Shown: piece after piece, positions 11,796 through 23,897 of the stretch | Layout: every line of letters starts with the position of its first letter | Position numbering within the stretch: position 1 is the first letter of the stretch | Assembly: GCF_018977255.1 (NCBI RefSeq) | Contig: NW_024704742.1 | Span: forward strand, 93,002,001-93,066,000 | Direction of reading: 5' to 3' | From: Callorhinchus milii | Taxonomy: Eukaryota | DNA: 64,000 nt | Program-made: the position numbers and the translations under genes | Notes under the pieces: generated by a model | Databases searched by the model: none | Told to the model about the DNA's origin: nothing | Seen by the model: the letters and a program-made list of their open reading frames with translations, nothing else

Positions 11796-14169
11796 TCAGT
11801 CTAAGTTTGCTTGCCACATTCTTTGGGACCAGCACTGTTTACAGGCAGCTAGATGTGCCAATCAGTGAGAGACTCACTGCTGAAGAGAAAAGTCACTGGT
11901 AAATAGTTCGACAGTTGAATAAACAACAGCCTGGAAAAAATATCCCTTAGAACTGATTTTCCACCAAACCTGGTACAATTTAAAGATTTATTTTCTTGTA
12001 TTCGAAACTTTATATCACTGGCTCTGAAAATTAAATATCTAACACTTTATTGTAATTTCAGTTTTGTATCTGTTATATTTTCAGTTATAAAATAACTAAA
12101 GACCTTCCATTGTTTTAATCAGCAAATAAAGCTGATTGTCATAATAACAGTGAAAGTGGGTAATGTAGAACAGTACAACCCTTGATGGTCCCACAGGACA
12201 GGAAATTGAACCATATCACTAATCAAATCTTCTCAAGATTTTGAAAATGGTATTAAAAGCATTGCTGCAATAACTGCATTTTATTCATAGTGTCTTTTGG
12301 TGTGTTTATACTGTATATTAAACATATAATTATATAAACTATAGAGCATAGCAACAGGCCATTCAATTGAACTAGTCTGTGCCAGGGTGTATTTTCCACA
12401 TGTGTGTGAATCCCTTTTTGTCCCCTTTCCCAAATAATAATAAATAATAATCCTTGTATTTGATATAGACGTCTCCAAGTTGTTCACAGGATATACTGTA
12501 AAGTGAATTGACTGTATTTTATGGCCAAAACGCGGCAGGCAATTGCGCAAAGTAGTGTCCCACAAACAGTCGTGGATTGAGTGACCAGATAATTATTTTT
12601 TTTTTTGTCTTTCTATTCCATTCCCCTTCATGTGTGCAATGAGGAAGAAGTTTGGCAAAATAAACATGGTCTACAGTATCTTTTCCTGTATTTATACTAT
12701 ATGGTTGATAGAATAACAGTGTTTTGTTTTTTGGTGTCTCCTGCTTTATTTATACTGTATGTTTGACAGTAAATTGAAAAGATTTGCAACATAAATTGGG
12801 ATGGTTCCGATGGGAATCATACTCCAGGCATTGCCTGTTGGAGGTGGTTTCAAGAACAGTGCAATTTGTACCAATGCAAATATAAACACAACAGGAGGCT
12901 ATTGGACTGAACTTACTCCCACATTATGCCTTGAATGTTCCCAGGCAAATGATTGTTAGTCATTCTTAAGAAAGTCCAGCTTCCAATTTAGGACTGAATT
13001 TAAGAATTTTCCACTATTCTACTCAATTTTAAGTCTTAAGGCAAAATGATTTGACGAGCTATAAAACTAAGTGGTGTTTCAGACTTTAGGGGTCATAACA
13101 TTATAAGAGCATAAGAACAAGAACAACAACAAGATTACATTTGTATAGCACCTTTCACGTCGGGAGGACGTTCCAAGGCGCTGAAAAGCCATGACTGAGT
13201 AAAAGCCGTTCAACTTATTGGGGTACAATCCTAAAATATTATGGTATAAAATTGTATTCTGAATAACCCTTTTTATGTCTATATTCCCTTGCTTAATAAA
13301 TTATTCCAAACCTTTATAGTTCTTTGAGTAAAGATGTTTTCCATGATGCCTGTTCTAAATTTGCTTGATGCAAATTTCCATTTATGTCCTCTGCTTCTGC
13401 TTTCTGTGGCTTACTTTAATAATGGATAGTTTGTGTTATTTCTGATGGGATTCCTCAAAGAATTGTGACCTGCTGGAACACTGCTCCGGATTTAGCTCCC
13501 ATTCGATGGGCATCAAAGACTTTGCACTGCTTCTGAAACCACCTCCTACAGGTAATGCCTAGAGCTGGCTTCAGTGTGAATCTCATAGGAATGGAGTTCC
13601 CATGTGAATGAGTCAGATTTCCTATTAAATAATTGTGTTACAAAATACAATAGAATCCTGGTATAACATGGGTTTTCTTGTTGGGGTGTGACATATACTT
13701 AGCTAACAATTGGAGTCAAATTGGGGTCATTGTTGCAGCCAAATGCTGCCTTTCAAAGTAAGTTTGTCTGCCTGCTCAGGAGTCTGTAAAAGATTCCATG
13801 GCACGATTGGAGAAGAGTGTTTCTTCCCGTATCCTGGCTAACAATCCTCCAGATAAAAAAATATTGGTCATTCACTTTGTGACTCAAATTGGCTGCTGCA
13901 TTTGCCAACAAATATAGAGACAGTCCACTTTAGAGAAAAAAGTGTTTTTCAATATAAAGTACTGTATAAAACGCAAAGGTTTTAAAATAATTTAGAGTAA
14001 AGTTGGCACCTGCTAGTTGGCAGGATATTGCTGAGGCTGAGATGCTCATTGTGCACTGTTGGGCAGATTCATGCCCAATTGTTATTATGGAGTCGGGGGA
14101 GGGATCGGACATGGATCGGACATTGTCTTTAGATAGGACAGGATGGAATTTTCAATAATGCGCTAAAAT

Positions 14170-14400
14170 ACCTCCTCTGGCTTTTTGGGTTTTAAGCAGG
14201 GGGTGTCAGAAAATTACCATGGGATAGCTGGCCTGCGGTGGCCAAGCACTGATAACCACATTGCCTTTTGATCCTTTGAAGTCGGCCCTTCCTATAATTG
14301 TTTAGCAGAATTCACCGAACGTTGGATTGTTCACCCATGAAGAGTCTTTAGAGCGGTTAGACAGGTTAGTTACTGATGTTTTGTTGTTGCAATAATAATC
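14170..14400 (+). pseudogene. Degenerate 28S rRNA fragment (domain V, peptidyl-transferase region)
   Basis: ttttgggttttaagcagggggtgtcagaaaattacc...gatcctttgaagtcggcccttcctataattg...gcagaattcacc..cgttggattgttcaccca...agacaggttagtt is collinear with the recalled conserved eukaryotic LSU sequence. It has many substitutions and deletions and no flanking rDNA. Confidence 0.9.
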
Positions 14401-14627
14401 TGTACAATCCAATGTTGTAAGTGCGATCTGACATGTGCATTTCAAAACATTAGCAGAACTTCTGCAGACACTGCTCTGTTATATATCAGGCTGTACCAGA
14501 TCCTGTACTCACTTGACATGAACACCATCCAGCAGGATCCCTGGATCAGAAGCAGCAACAACAACGGCAGGGCAGCATCTCAGAGTGCTTAACAGCGGCG
14601 GAGTATGAATGCAGGTTATAATAATGT

Positions 14628-14970
14628 ATAATAATCCATGTATTTAAAATAGCGCCTTATCACGTCGTTGAGACGTCTCAAAGCTTTTCACAGAATATAC
14701 TGTGAAGTGAATTGACTATATATTTTGTGGGCAAAACACAGCAACCAAAATGCATAGCAGTGTTCCACAAACAGTCATTGATTGAGTGACCAAATTTTAT
14801 TTTGAGGGATTATTACCCACTGGAAGAAATCCACCAATCGACTAAAAAGGGTTCTTATTTACTGCTAAGTAACCAGACATTTGGAGTAAGGAAACTTGTT
14901 GAGGTTTCACCCTGCCTGGGAATCGAACCCGGAACCTCTCACTTGTGCTTTAACCACTGAGCTACAGATT
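14628..14970 (-). mobile_element. Older, longer subfamily tRNA-derived SINE
   Basis: Homologous to 15346-15716. Confidence 0.8.
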
Positions 14971-15345
14971 ACCACAGGTTGTACTTCATGGACCTCAAAT
15001 AGGATTAGTTTTCTACAGCATCGGCTGAGGATCAGATCTGGGCCTTCATGTCTTATATTCTCCCTTAGTTTCTCTCAACTACAGTCTTACCGTCTAAGGA
15101 ACCAAGCAAGCCCTCCTGAATAATAACCTTAAAAATTGAAGAGTTAAGAAAAAAGCACTATTGTCGAATCTGCACTACTTTCTTCCTAATTCAGACAGCA
15201 CAGCAGTGGCTATTTAGCTGGATGGTGATTTTCCATTGAGAAGAAGGAGAATTCCTGGACAAGCTCCAGACCCAATGATCATGTGAGGGTTTAGATTAGC
15301 ATCTAAACACAGATGGGATTCGTTAGCATCTTTTGTAACTTGTAA

Positions 15346-15716
15346 TATAATAATCCTTGCAGTTGATATAGCGTTTTCACGTCTTCGAGACGTCTCAAAG
15401 CACTTCACATAATATACTGTATAGTGAATTGATTATATTTGTGGGTGAAATGCCGCAGTCAATTGCACACAGTAGTGTCCCACAAACAGTCATGGATTGA
15501 GTGACCAGATTATTTATTTATAATTTTTTTTTTGAAGGATTATTATCCCCAGAAAAGCAATACACCAAACGAGTAACAACTGGATTCCTACTTACTGCTA
15601 GGTAAACAGAGGTGTTTAGAGTAACAAAACTTGCCCAGCATTTCGTCCTCCGGGAATCGAACTCAGGTCTCTCGCTTGCAAGGTGAGAGCTCAAACCACT
15701 GACATACAGGTCTCCA
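15346..15716 (-). mobile_element. Older, longer subfamily of the tRNA-derived SINE
   Basis: Same head and tail plus an extra internal block (cctacttactgctaggtaaacagagg). Confidence 0.85.
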
Positions 15717-16539
15717 CTGTAGAGTCTATGGGGAAATATATTCAATCTCCCGGGGATAATGAGGGAATCTCTCAGAAAAGCAAGATTTCTACAGCTGGAT
15801 GGATCCCCAGCACTACCTGGGACTGGGAATAGCAATCAATAATTATAATAATAGTAAAAGTCAGGCTCCGCCACTGTTAAGTGCTCTGAGACACTACCCT
15901 GCATGGAGAGTGCTATATAAGTGCAAGTTGTTGTTGTAATAATCCTTGGACTTAATATATCGCCTTGCAGTGGCAGAGTTAATAGAGGGGGGAGGGGTGG
16001 CAATTGCTTCTCTGTCAGTCTTTAAGTGTATATATGGTGCCGTTATGGTGCGGGAGGTATGAAGCAGTTTAGGAGCTGCAGCGGGAGGTATGAAGCAGTG
16101 CAGAGAGTGGCGGGAAAGTGGCACTACTAATGGCCCATTGCCCCCCACTCCATCCCCAATTGCAAAACCAGTGCCTTGTCATGTTGAAGTGTCCTACATG
16201 CTTCTCAGAGCTTTTTCTGTGATGTGCAATAGGAGAGAAAATGAGATGGGATTTATCAAGTAGAAGAAAGAACTTGTATTTTTAGAACACTTTCTCAGAT
16301 CATCACTGTCAATTGTAGTGACTGTGCATTTGTAGACAAACTCAGCAGCCATTTGTACCAGCACGGTCACAGAAATAGCCAATCAATAGACAATTAATCT
16401 GAAAGACCAATTAATCTGAAGGACACCAGGAGAATCTCCATTTTCTCTTCAAATAGTGTCTTGGGATTTTGAATGCATATTGGCAGAACAAGCAGATGGG
16501 ACCTAGAATTCCATGTCTTACCTTAAAGCCAGCACCTCT

Positions 16540-16800
16540 AACAACAACAACTTGCATTTATATAGCACAGGGTAGCATTTCAGAACGCTTAACAACTGAG
16601 CTATTGAGAGAACTGGTGTGATGTGGTTTCCACACATTGAAGATAAAGAAAGAAGATCATATAGGATGGGATGTTTGGAGCTTGCGAGCAATATGAGACG
16701 ATGGCAACTGTAGGCTTGAACCTGTGAGAGAGCTGCTTCGTACAATTGCAGGGCGTCGAGGAGATCAATATTTGATGTTTCAACTATTTTGCTGAGGAGG
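16540..16800 (-). mobile_element. Old L2 fragment
   Basis: HITPVL and RKLQ on the minus strand, adjoining an L2 tail. Confidence 0.6.
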
Positions 16801-19024
16801 ATTGAGCGCTATGTACTCTGTGAACGTGTGGTCTGAAGAAGGAATATGTTGTTTCCTTAAAAGATAGGTTTTATACTAGTTCAAACTAGACTAACCCCAA
16901 TCTGTATGTAAGCATCTTAATGTTTACTTGAGAAAATTTCCATATGTGGCGACCTACATATGTGGAACTCTCAATCTGGTTTGGATACTCTTAAGCATGG
17001 TGAAGGTTTCCGCCACCCGGCTGACCAAAAGAACTGATCTGTTACAGTCATTTTCAGAGAGTAAGTCTATCTTGTCTGGAGCCTAACATTGTATTATTAA
17101 TACAGGAATATTTAACCTTGTTGCTTGAAACCCCAGTTATTTTACCTAGTGAATTTGAACAACCTCCCTGTGAAATATTTTTATTTGGCCTATAATTTTC
17201 ATAGATTAAATAATATGGTTTAAGGATATTCACAGTCCATACTCAAAGAGCTGGAATCTGTGTGGTGAGTGAGTAAGAATGAGTTGCGCCTCTCTCACCA
17301 ACAACTGGAGACTTTGGATGTGTTCCATTTGGTCAAGCAATCCATTGAGTTTGAACAGGCGCCCTGTGAAATGTTTCTGTTTGGCCTGTAATTTTCATAG
17401 TTTAACTTTGGCAGAACACCTTGGTGTGGGTCATTTCCACTGCACTTTGTAAGATTAATTATGCACATTTTGTTCTAGTTTGTTCATAACATAAAACTAT
17501 TTTAGGAAAGGATAAAACATGGGTCTGCATACCTATCCCTTGTGTTAGTTTACACATCCAGCCACATTGAGAACAGTGAATTTTCTATTCTGAATTTATA
17601 GAGTGAGACACTGTTAATCCATAGTGCCAGTGTAGTGAGAGGCACTGCGATAATCTACAGTCGCAAAAACGTGTTAATCTCAGTACCAATGTAGTGTGAA
17701 ACACTTCCAGGCAAAGAGGGTTCCTGTGTAATTTGTATTACCTAAAAGTATAGGGTGATATCCTGGGTTAATCTGCTTCACCAACACAGTATAGTGTGAG
17801 GGTTCTGTACCAATCTACATTATCATGCATCCACTTTAAAATGGAAACAATGGAGCAGCAGCAGCAATCGCGGAGGTCTTCACTGTCACATACCTCCATG
17901 GCCTGGCTCCACCCTACCTCTGAGTCCTCCTGCAATCCACTGCTCCTAGCACTCCCTCTGCTCAGCAAACACCAGCCTGCTTCACTTCCCCCACCTGGTC
18001 TACCTTAACATCTGTGGGTGAGCTTTCAGCTATTCTGCCCCCATCTCTGGACTCTACCGTAGAGTCCCTCTGCCATTCATCTTCTTTCTCAGTCTTCAAA
18101 ACCTTCCTTCAGACTTATCTATTTTATTGTACTTCCAGCCACGTTTTCTTCACCCTTCCACCCCAGCCCAGGCTCCCAGTGAGTAGCGTGAAGCACTTTG
18201 GGACAGTTTCCTGACATGAAAAGCTCTCTGTATATAAAATTTTAATTGCTATTATTGAACAAACATTCCATCTAAAATACCTACCTAAATGTTTCATATC
18301 TGCATGTGAACTAAGTTTGGGTTTGACACCCATGACCTTTATCTCACTTATTTCCATCATTACCAACTTGACCTTGTGCCTTTCAGTCAGTCCTTTCAGA
18401 TACAGTCAGATGCCCACTCCTAAATCACAAAATAAATATTGTATATTCAACCACCAATTCCTGGTAAAAGGAGTTGAAGGAAATTGTTGGTACTCTTTGA
18501 CCTGAAGGATAAAGCTATGTATGTTTGAACAATGCTGTAATCAATTCAATATGAAACTTTAGCTTAGCATGTGCGAACCATTTATGACAACCATGCTGTT
18601 CAAATAACCCCCAGCAGATCCTGAAAAATTTCACAATCTTATTGAGGTTGGTAGACAACCTAGAGTCTGAGGTTAATTAAAGAACTTTGAGACATCCTCC
18701 CAATGTGAAAGATGCTTTATAAATGTAAACCATAATGTAGACATTCAACCCCCCACTGTAACAGTGAAAGTGATTCTAATTTTAAATTAGGAAGGCTGTG
18801 TTTATTTATGAGGCAGCAAAAAACAATAAACAATGTTCTGTTTGTAGATTCTAAATAACAATTAGCAAGAAGGGAAACTTGAAACAATTTAAATGGAATA
18901 TGACATCTGAGTTATACACTAAAGGAGAACTCACATTGCAATCTGATATCCAGTCATGATCTCTTAAAGTATATAAAACAAACACGTCTCAGGTGCTGGT
19001 TATTTTATACAATTCTTACGGATA

Positions 19025-19445
19025 TAATAATCCTTGTATCTGATATAGTGCCTTGTTACATCATCCAAATGTCTCAAAAGCACTTCAAGGGAGTTACTTC
19101 AAGGTGTAGTGACTGCATATTTGTAGGCTAATGCACAACCAACTTGAACACAGTAATGTCCCACACACAGCTGTGAAATGAATAACCAATTTTATCTGGA
19201 AGCTTGTTGGCCAACGACACTGGGAGAAATTCCCTTCTCTTTTTGAATAGTACCATAGAATATTTTATGTCCACTTGAACAGGCAGATACGACTTTAGTA
19301 TAATGTTTCATTTGAAGGACATTTGCAGCACTCCCCAAGAGCACTGTCAACCTGGACTGTGAGTTTAAAGTCCCAATGTGGAGCTTAAACCAACAACCCT
19401 CTGACTCAGAGGCAAGAGATCTAGTAACTGAGCTAGGCTGACACC
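19025..19445 (-). mobile_element. Deu-domain SINE (SacSINE1/AmnSINE1-like), near full length
   Basis: ttgttggccaacgacactgggagaa...gaatagtaccatagaatattttatgtccacttgaacaggcaga...ctctgactcagaggcaagag matches the recalled Deu-domain consensus in reverse. Confidence 0.82.
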
Positions 19446-21299
19446 TGAATAGTCAATAGTACTGTAGTTGGTTGCTTCGTCTTTTGATAAAAGTCCACAA
19501 AATACAGAGCTGGAAATAACAAAGATAGCAAAGAAAATATTTTTTGCTTAAAAAGACCTTTCCCAGAGACATAAAAAAACTTTGGAAAGTAGCTCAGATT
19601 ATTATTTCCTTTGCTTATGAGAATGTCCCTCAACATAATTTCTCCTTTCCCCAGTGCCTCTCTAACCATTCACTAATATTCTTCCAAAGTTAGTCCTTAC
19701 TGAGAAATTGCAGGCAAATATTCCAGCACCTTCCTTTACTGCAGAGAAAGTTTTTCTGGGGCATGACTTTTAATGTTCCTGATTTCACAAAACATTTTTA
19801 ATCAACTTCAAATACTTACCCACCAAATGACCCTTTTTGACATCACAACAAGCCCTGCTGCTAGCAATAAAAGCTCTGAGAGGCACAGGAAATGGAAACT
19901 GCTTTGTAACTGGTGCCAGAGGAAACCTTAATACTTTTAGTTATCTTTAACAGACGTAATGGGAACCAGATGCACAGAAACGTACTCTATTGCATAGCTA
20001 ATTTGTCCCACGGCTTCTAATTCTTTCCCTGTAGCTGCTTTCCCTGATGCGAATTAGAAACATGAGGAAAACAGAACCAGTTGTAGGAGTATGTGGGTCC
20101 TCAGTGATTCTTGGCACCTCTCTGGTCAAATTTCAATCTCCTATTTGCCTTTTTTTACCTCACCCAACATAACTGCACACAATTTTGGGGACTGACTTTG
20201 CGGATTTTTTTTCGATAGGTTTCCTTCAGTGGGCAGCTTCAACGTTTGTGGCAGCTTTGGATGCAACCATTTTTGTAAAGTCTTTGCCTTAAGATTACTG
20301 TTTTGGACAGTATTTTTGCACAGCTTTCACAACAGATACAAGCTAAACACCTAATAACTGCACAAAAACAGCTGCCAAATTATAAGACAATCTTAAAATT
20401 TAAGAGTTAATCTTAAAGTTAGGACCATGGTGAGAAATGTCAGGTCTTAGATTTCAACCCCTTGTTTTGCACTAATATTACAAAATCAGCAATTCAATAT
20501 AAGGTTCAATCCAGCTTGTTCATTTGACACTAATATCATCAACTTTATCTTATTTAAAAGTCTTATTGCTGGAACTTTATCAAATAATTTCTGAAAATCC
20601 AAACAAATGCATGGGTCAAAATTGTGGTTTTGTGTTATTTAGCTTGTTTATCTGGGTGGAAGCTGTGCAAAAATACTCTAAAATTCTGAGTTTTCTGGAG
20701 AGAAATGAAAGTCTTGCTGCTGGCGTACAGGCCCTTTTTAGGAAATGGTTTACAGTGATATGGTGCTGTGACCATTTCTGTTCCTACCTCACCCCCAGTA
20801 CAGCCAAAGCCTTCATCCATAGCTTCATTGCCTCCAGATTTTATTTCTTCCAATGCCCTCCTCACGAGTCTTGCCATCTCTAGATATAGAAATAGCAAGA
20901 CTGAACACTCTAGATCTCTTTCAGCTTCCCCCTTGCCAAGTTCTGTCCCTTCCCATCAACCACCTCATCCCTCCTCTCTGGAATTCTTTCCCTAACTCCC
21001 TCCACTCTCTGTGAATCATCCCAAATTCCACAACCTGTATCTGTTCCTGTGCCAGGCTCCAATGGATCTTTATCCTCCAGAGGATTGACTTTAAGATCCT
21101 TGTTCCAAGTGCTCTGGGATTCTACCCTCGAGAAAGGCACTGTATAAATACAAGTTGTTGTTGTTCTGTCCTTTAAATTTCTCCACACACTTGCTCTACA
21201 CTAGCTTTGTGATCTCCTGCAGCCTCCTCTATCTCCCAATCTCTCTACCTCTGGCCTGCTCCACATCCCCCACCCCCCCTGTTGCACTGTGGGCATGCT

Positions 21300-22020
21300 T
21301 CACAAGATTACAAGATTGGTTTGGATGAAGAAGACTCTTCAGCCCATCTCTTCAGAATATCCACCCTACCTTCTTCACATCACAGCATCAAGCTGTGTTT
21401 TAAATGAATCCAGTGTCCTGGCATCAACCGCCCTTCCTAATACCTTGTTCCAACTGTTAATAACCAACTCGGTAAAGAAATATTCTCTGGTATCTGTCCT
21501 GAAATTGCTCCTTGCAACTTTAAATCTATGTCTGCTTATTCTACTGTCCTCCATGCATCTGAAAATATTCAGAGTTTACTTTTTCAATCCAATTTAAGAT
21601 TTTATACACCTCTATCATGACCCTCTAAGATGTCTCCTTTCAAGACTGAAGAGTGCTACCTTGTCTAAACATTGCTCATAGTCATTCCTCCAATGCTTGG
21701 GATCATCCTCATTGATCTCTGTACCGCCTCTTGGACCTGGTCCTTAAGTCACGGTGACCAGAATTGTATGCAGTACTCTACTCGAGTTGCAGCCTGAGCA
21801 CCACACAGCTTGAATATGAATTGTGTGAGGATCAGAACTATACTAATATGATGTGTGTGAGGATATGATGTGTGTGAGGATCAGAACTATACTAATTTGG
21901 CAATATAGCCCAACATTATGTTTGCCTTGTTGACTGCTGCCTCTACTGTATTCACATGGAAAGCGAAGAGTCAGTTAACACCCTAGATCTCTTTCAGCTT
22001 CCCCTTGGCAAGTTCTATCC
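21300..22020 (-). mobile_element. Old CR1 LINE 3' fragment
   Basis: cacaagattacaagattgg tail and gaccagaattgtatgcagtactc (LEYCIQFW antisense). Confidence 0.75.
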
Positions 22021-22172
22021 CTTCCCATCAACCACCCTCCTCTCCAGAATTCTTTCCCTAAATCCCTCCATTATGTTTTCAAAATCCTTCGAAAGCATTA
22101 CCTTTTTTACTGTGTTCTCGGTTATCTCCCTCCAACTCTGACTCCCACTGTGCTCGGGCTTCTACTCAATTT

Positions 22173-22660
22173 ATAGAATCATAGAATCTTACAGCACAAA
22201 AGGTGGACTTTTGATCCATCGGGTCTGTGCTGGCTCTTGGAAAGAGCTATCCAACTAGTCCCAATACTCTGCCCTTACCCCATAGCCTTGCAATTTTTTA
22301 TTTTTCAACTACATATCCAATTCCCTTTTGAAAGCTACTATCACATCTGATTCTACCACCCTTTCAGGCAGTGTATTCCAGACCGTAACAGCTCTCTAGG
22401 TAAAAAAAATTCTCCTCATCTCCCCTCTGGTTCTTTTGCCAATTATCTTAAATCTGTGTCATCTGATTACCGACCCATCCGCCAGAGGAAACAGTTTCTC
22501 CTTATTTATTCTACAAAACCCTTCATAACTTTGACCATCTATCTTAAATCTCCCCTTAACCTTCTCTGCTCTGAGAACAATCCAAGTTTCTCTAGTCTCT
22601 CCACATAACTGAAGTCTCTCATCCCTGGTATCATCCTGGTAAATCTCCTTTGCACTCTGT
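22173..22660 (-). mobile_element. CR1 LINE 3' fragment
   Basis: atagaatcatagaatcttacagcac tail and EKLFPL peptide. Confidence 0.88.
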
Positions 22661-23897
22661 TGATGGCATGTGAATTTGTACTGCATATTTTTGACACCTG
22701 TCATTCAAAATGTTTCTTTTGCAGAACACATGGGGAAGAAATTCCATCTCGGTTCCTGTTTGCTCTATTCATGTACCATTTCAAACCAGGATGAGGACTA
22801 AAGCTGATAGAAGGTATCCCTCTCAAATTAAAGGACAACTACTAACTTGTAGGAAGCACAGTGTCGCCTCATACTTTCCTACTGAGGAAACAGAGGAGAC
22901 TGTTGAAGACATGTTCGACACGGATAAAGAAAGAGCGCTGAAAGGACATTAAAGGGCACCTCTTGGTGTTACCAGCCTTACATCTTGCTGCTGTGATTAA
23001 CTTAGAAGAAAGTTTGAAAAATATGTGTTTTAAGGCACCTTTATAGACTTTACATGATTCCACGATACTTTGAAAAACTGGACATTGTTATTCTATGCAA
23101 ATGATGTTATTATGTTCTTATTTTATACAATTACTCATAACCTATCACCTTGTAATACAAATAGTTTTAACATTGCCTTTATTACCATAAGAGAATTGGA
23201 TGATGCTTGTTAAGTTTTCTAAAGAAATGTTTATATTGCATATCTGTTGCATTAATGTGTAATATGTGGGAGTGTGCCCTATGGTTTCTTTGTATTTATT
23301 ACTTACTAGATCTTGTATTATGAATAAGTGTTGATTATTAATTTCTGGAATGTTAAAACACAGTTTAATAAATAAGCAACTATTTGTATGGCTGACATAT
23401 TATTGAAGATCACAGGGTAAATTTTAAATATGATTCTTTTCTATTCTATTCTTTCCACGTTTGGTGAAATAAAATCGAATTATATTGCATGAAACTTAGT
23501 TATGCCTCATTACGGGGGTGCAGGCAGGGAAAAGTAATGTGAAGTGATTATCAGAATGTGATTAGCACATTGGGAGTTCTTGTAACCTCTCTTTCTTGCC
23601 GAAACAACACTCTCTATCTACTCGTTCAGCACGGGCTGGGGGAACAGGAGCAGTTGCCAATTATCATTTTAATGCCCTTCCCAATACTAATTTTTACCCA
23701 GATTGCTTTATTAAATAGTTACCCAATTGCTGTATGTTGACTCATTTGAACATAGTCAGCTATCAGCATCGAAGAGTTTGTGTATTCAGATAATTTATCA
23801 GTGTTTGCATTGCAACATTTCCCTCAGTTGGGTAGCTATGGTGTGCATACCTGCAATACATTGCGGATGTCTTTTCTGATGAACATTTGCTTTTCAG

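Noticed and set aside
11800..11898. Exon-like open frame after a pyrimidine tract
   Set aside because: The tract is the (TTTC) tail of the adjacent SINE, and the peptide is not recognisable.
12770..12950. Plus-strand HKLG/LNVP or ICNINWDGSD motifs suggesting an ADAM zinc site or EGF domain
   Set aside because: The readings are mutually inconsistent and need several frameshifts. The region is one arm of an inverted repeat.
16050..16099. 19-bp direct repeat with spacer (CRISPR-like)
   Set aside because: Only two units in eukaryotic DNA, consistent with a simple local duplication.
16668..16765. Plus-strand CLELASN..DGNC..VQLQG resembling an ADAM Cys-rich domain
   Set aside because: Explained by an antisense L2 fragment (HITPVL, RKLQ). 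This also shows how easily such matches arise by chance.
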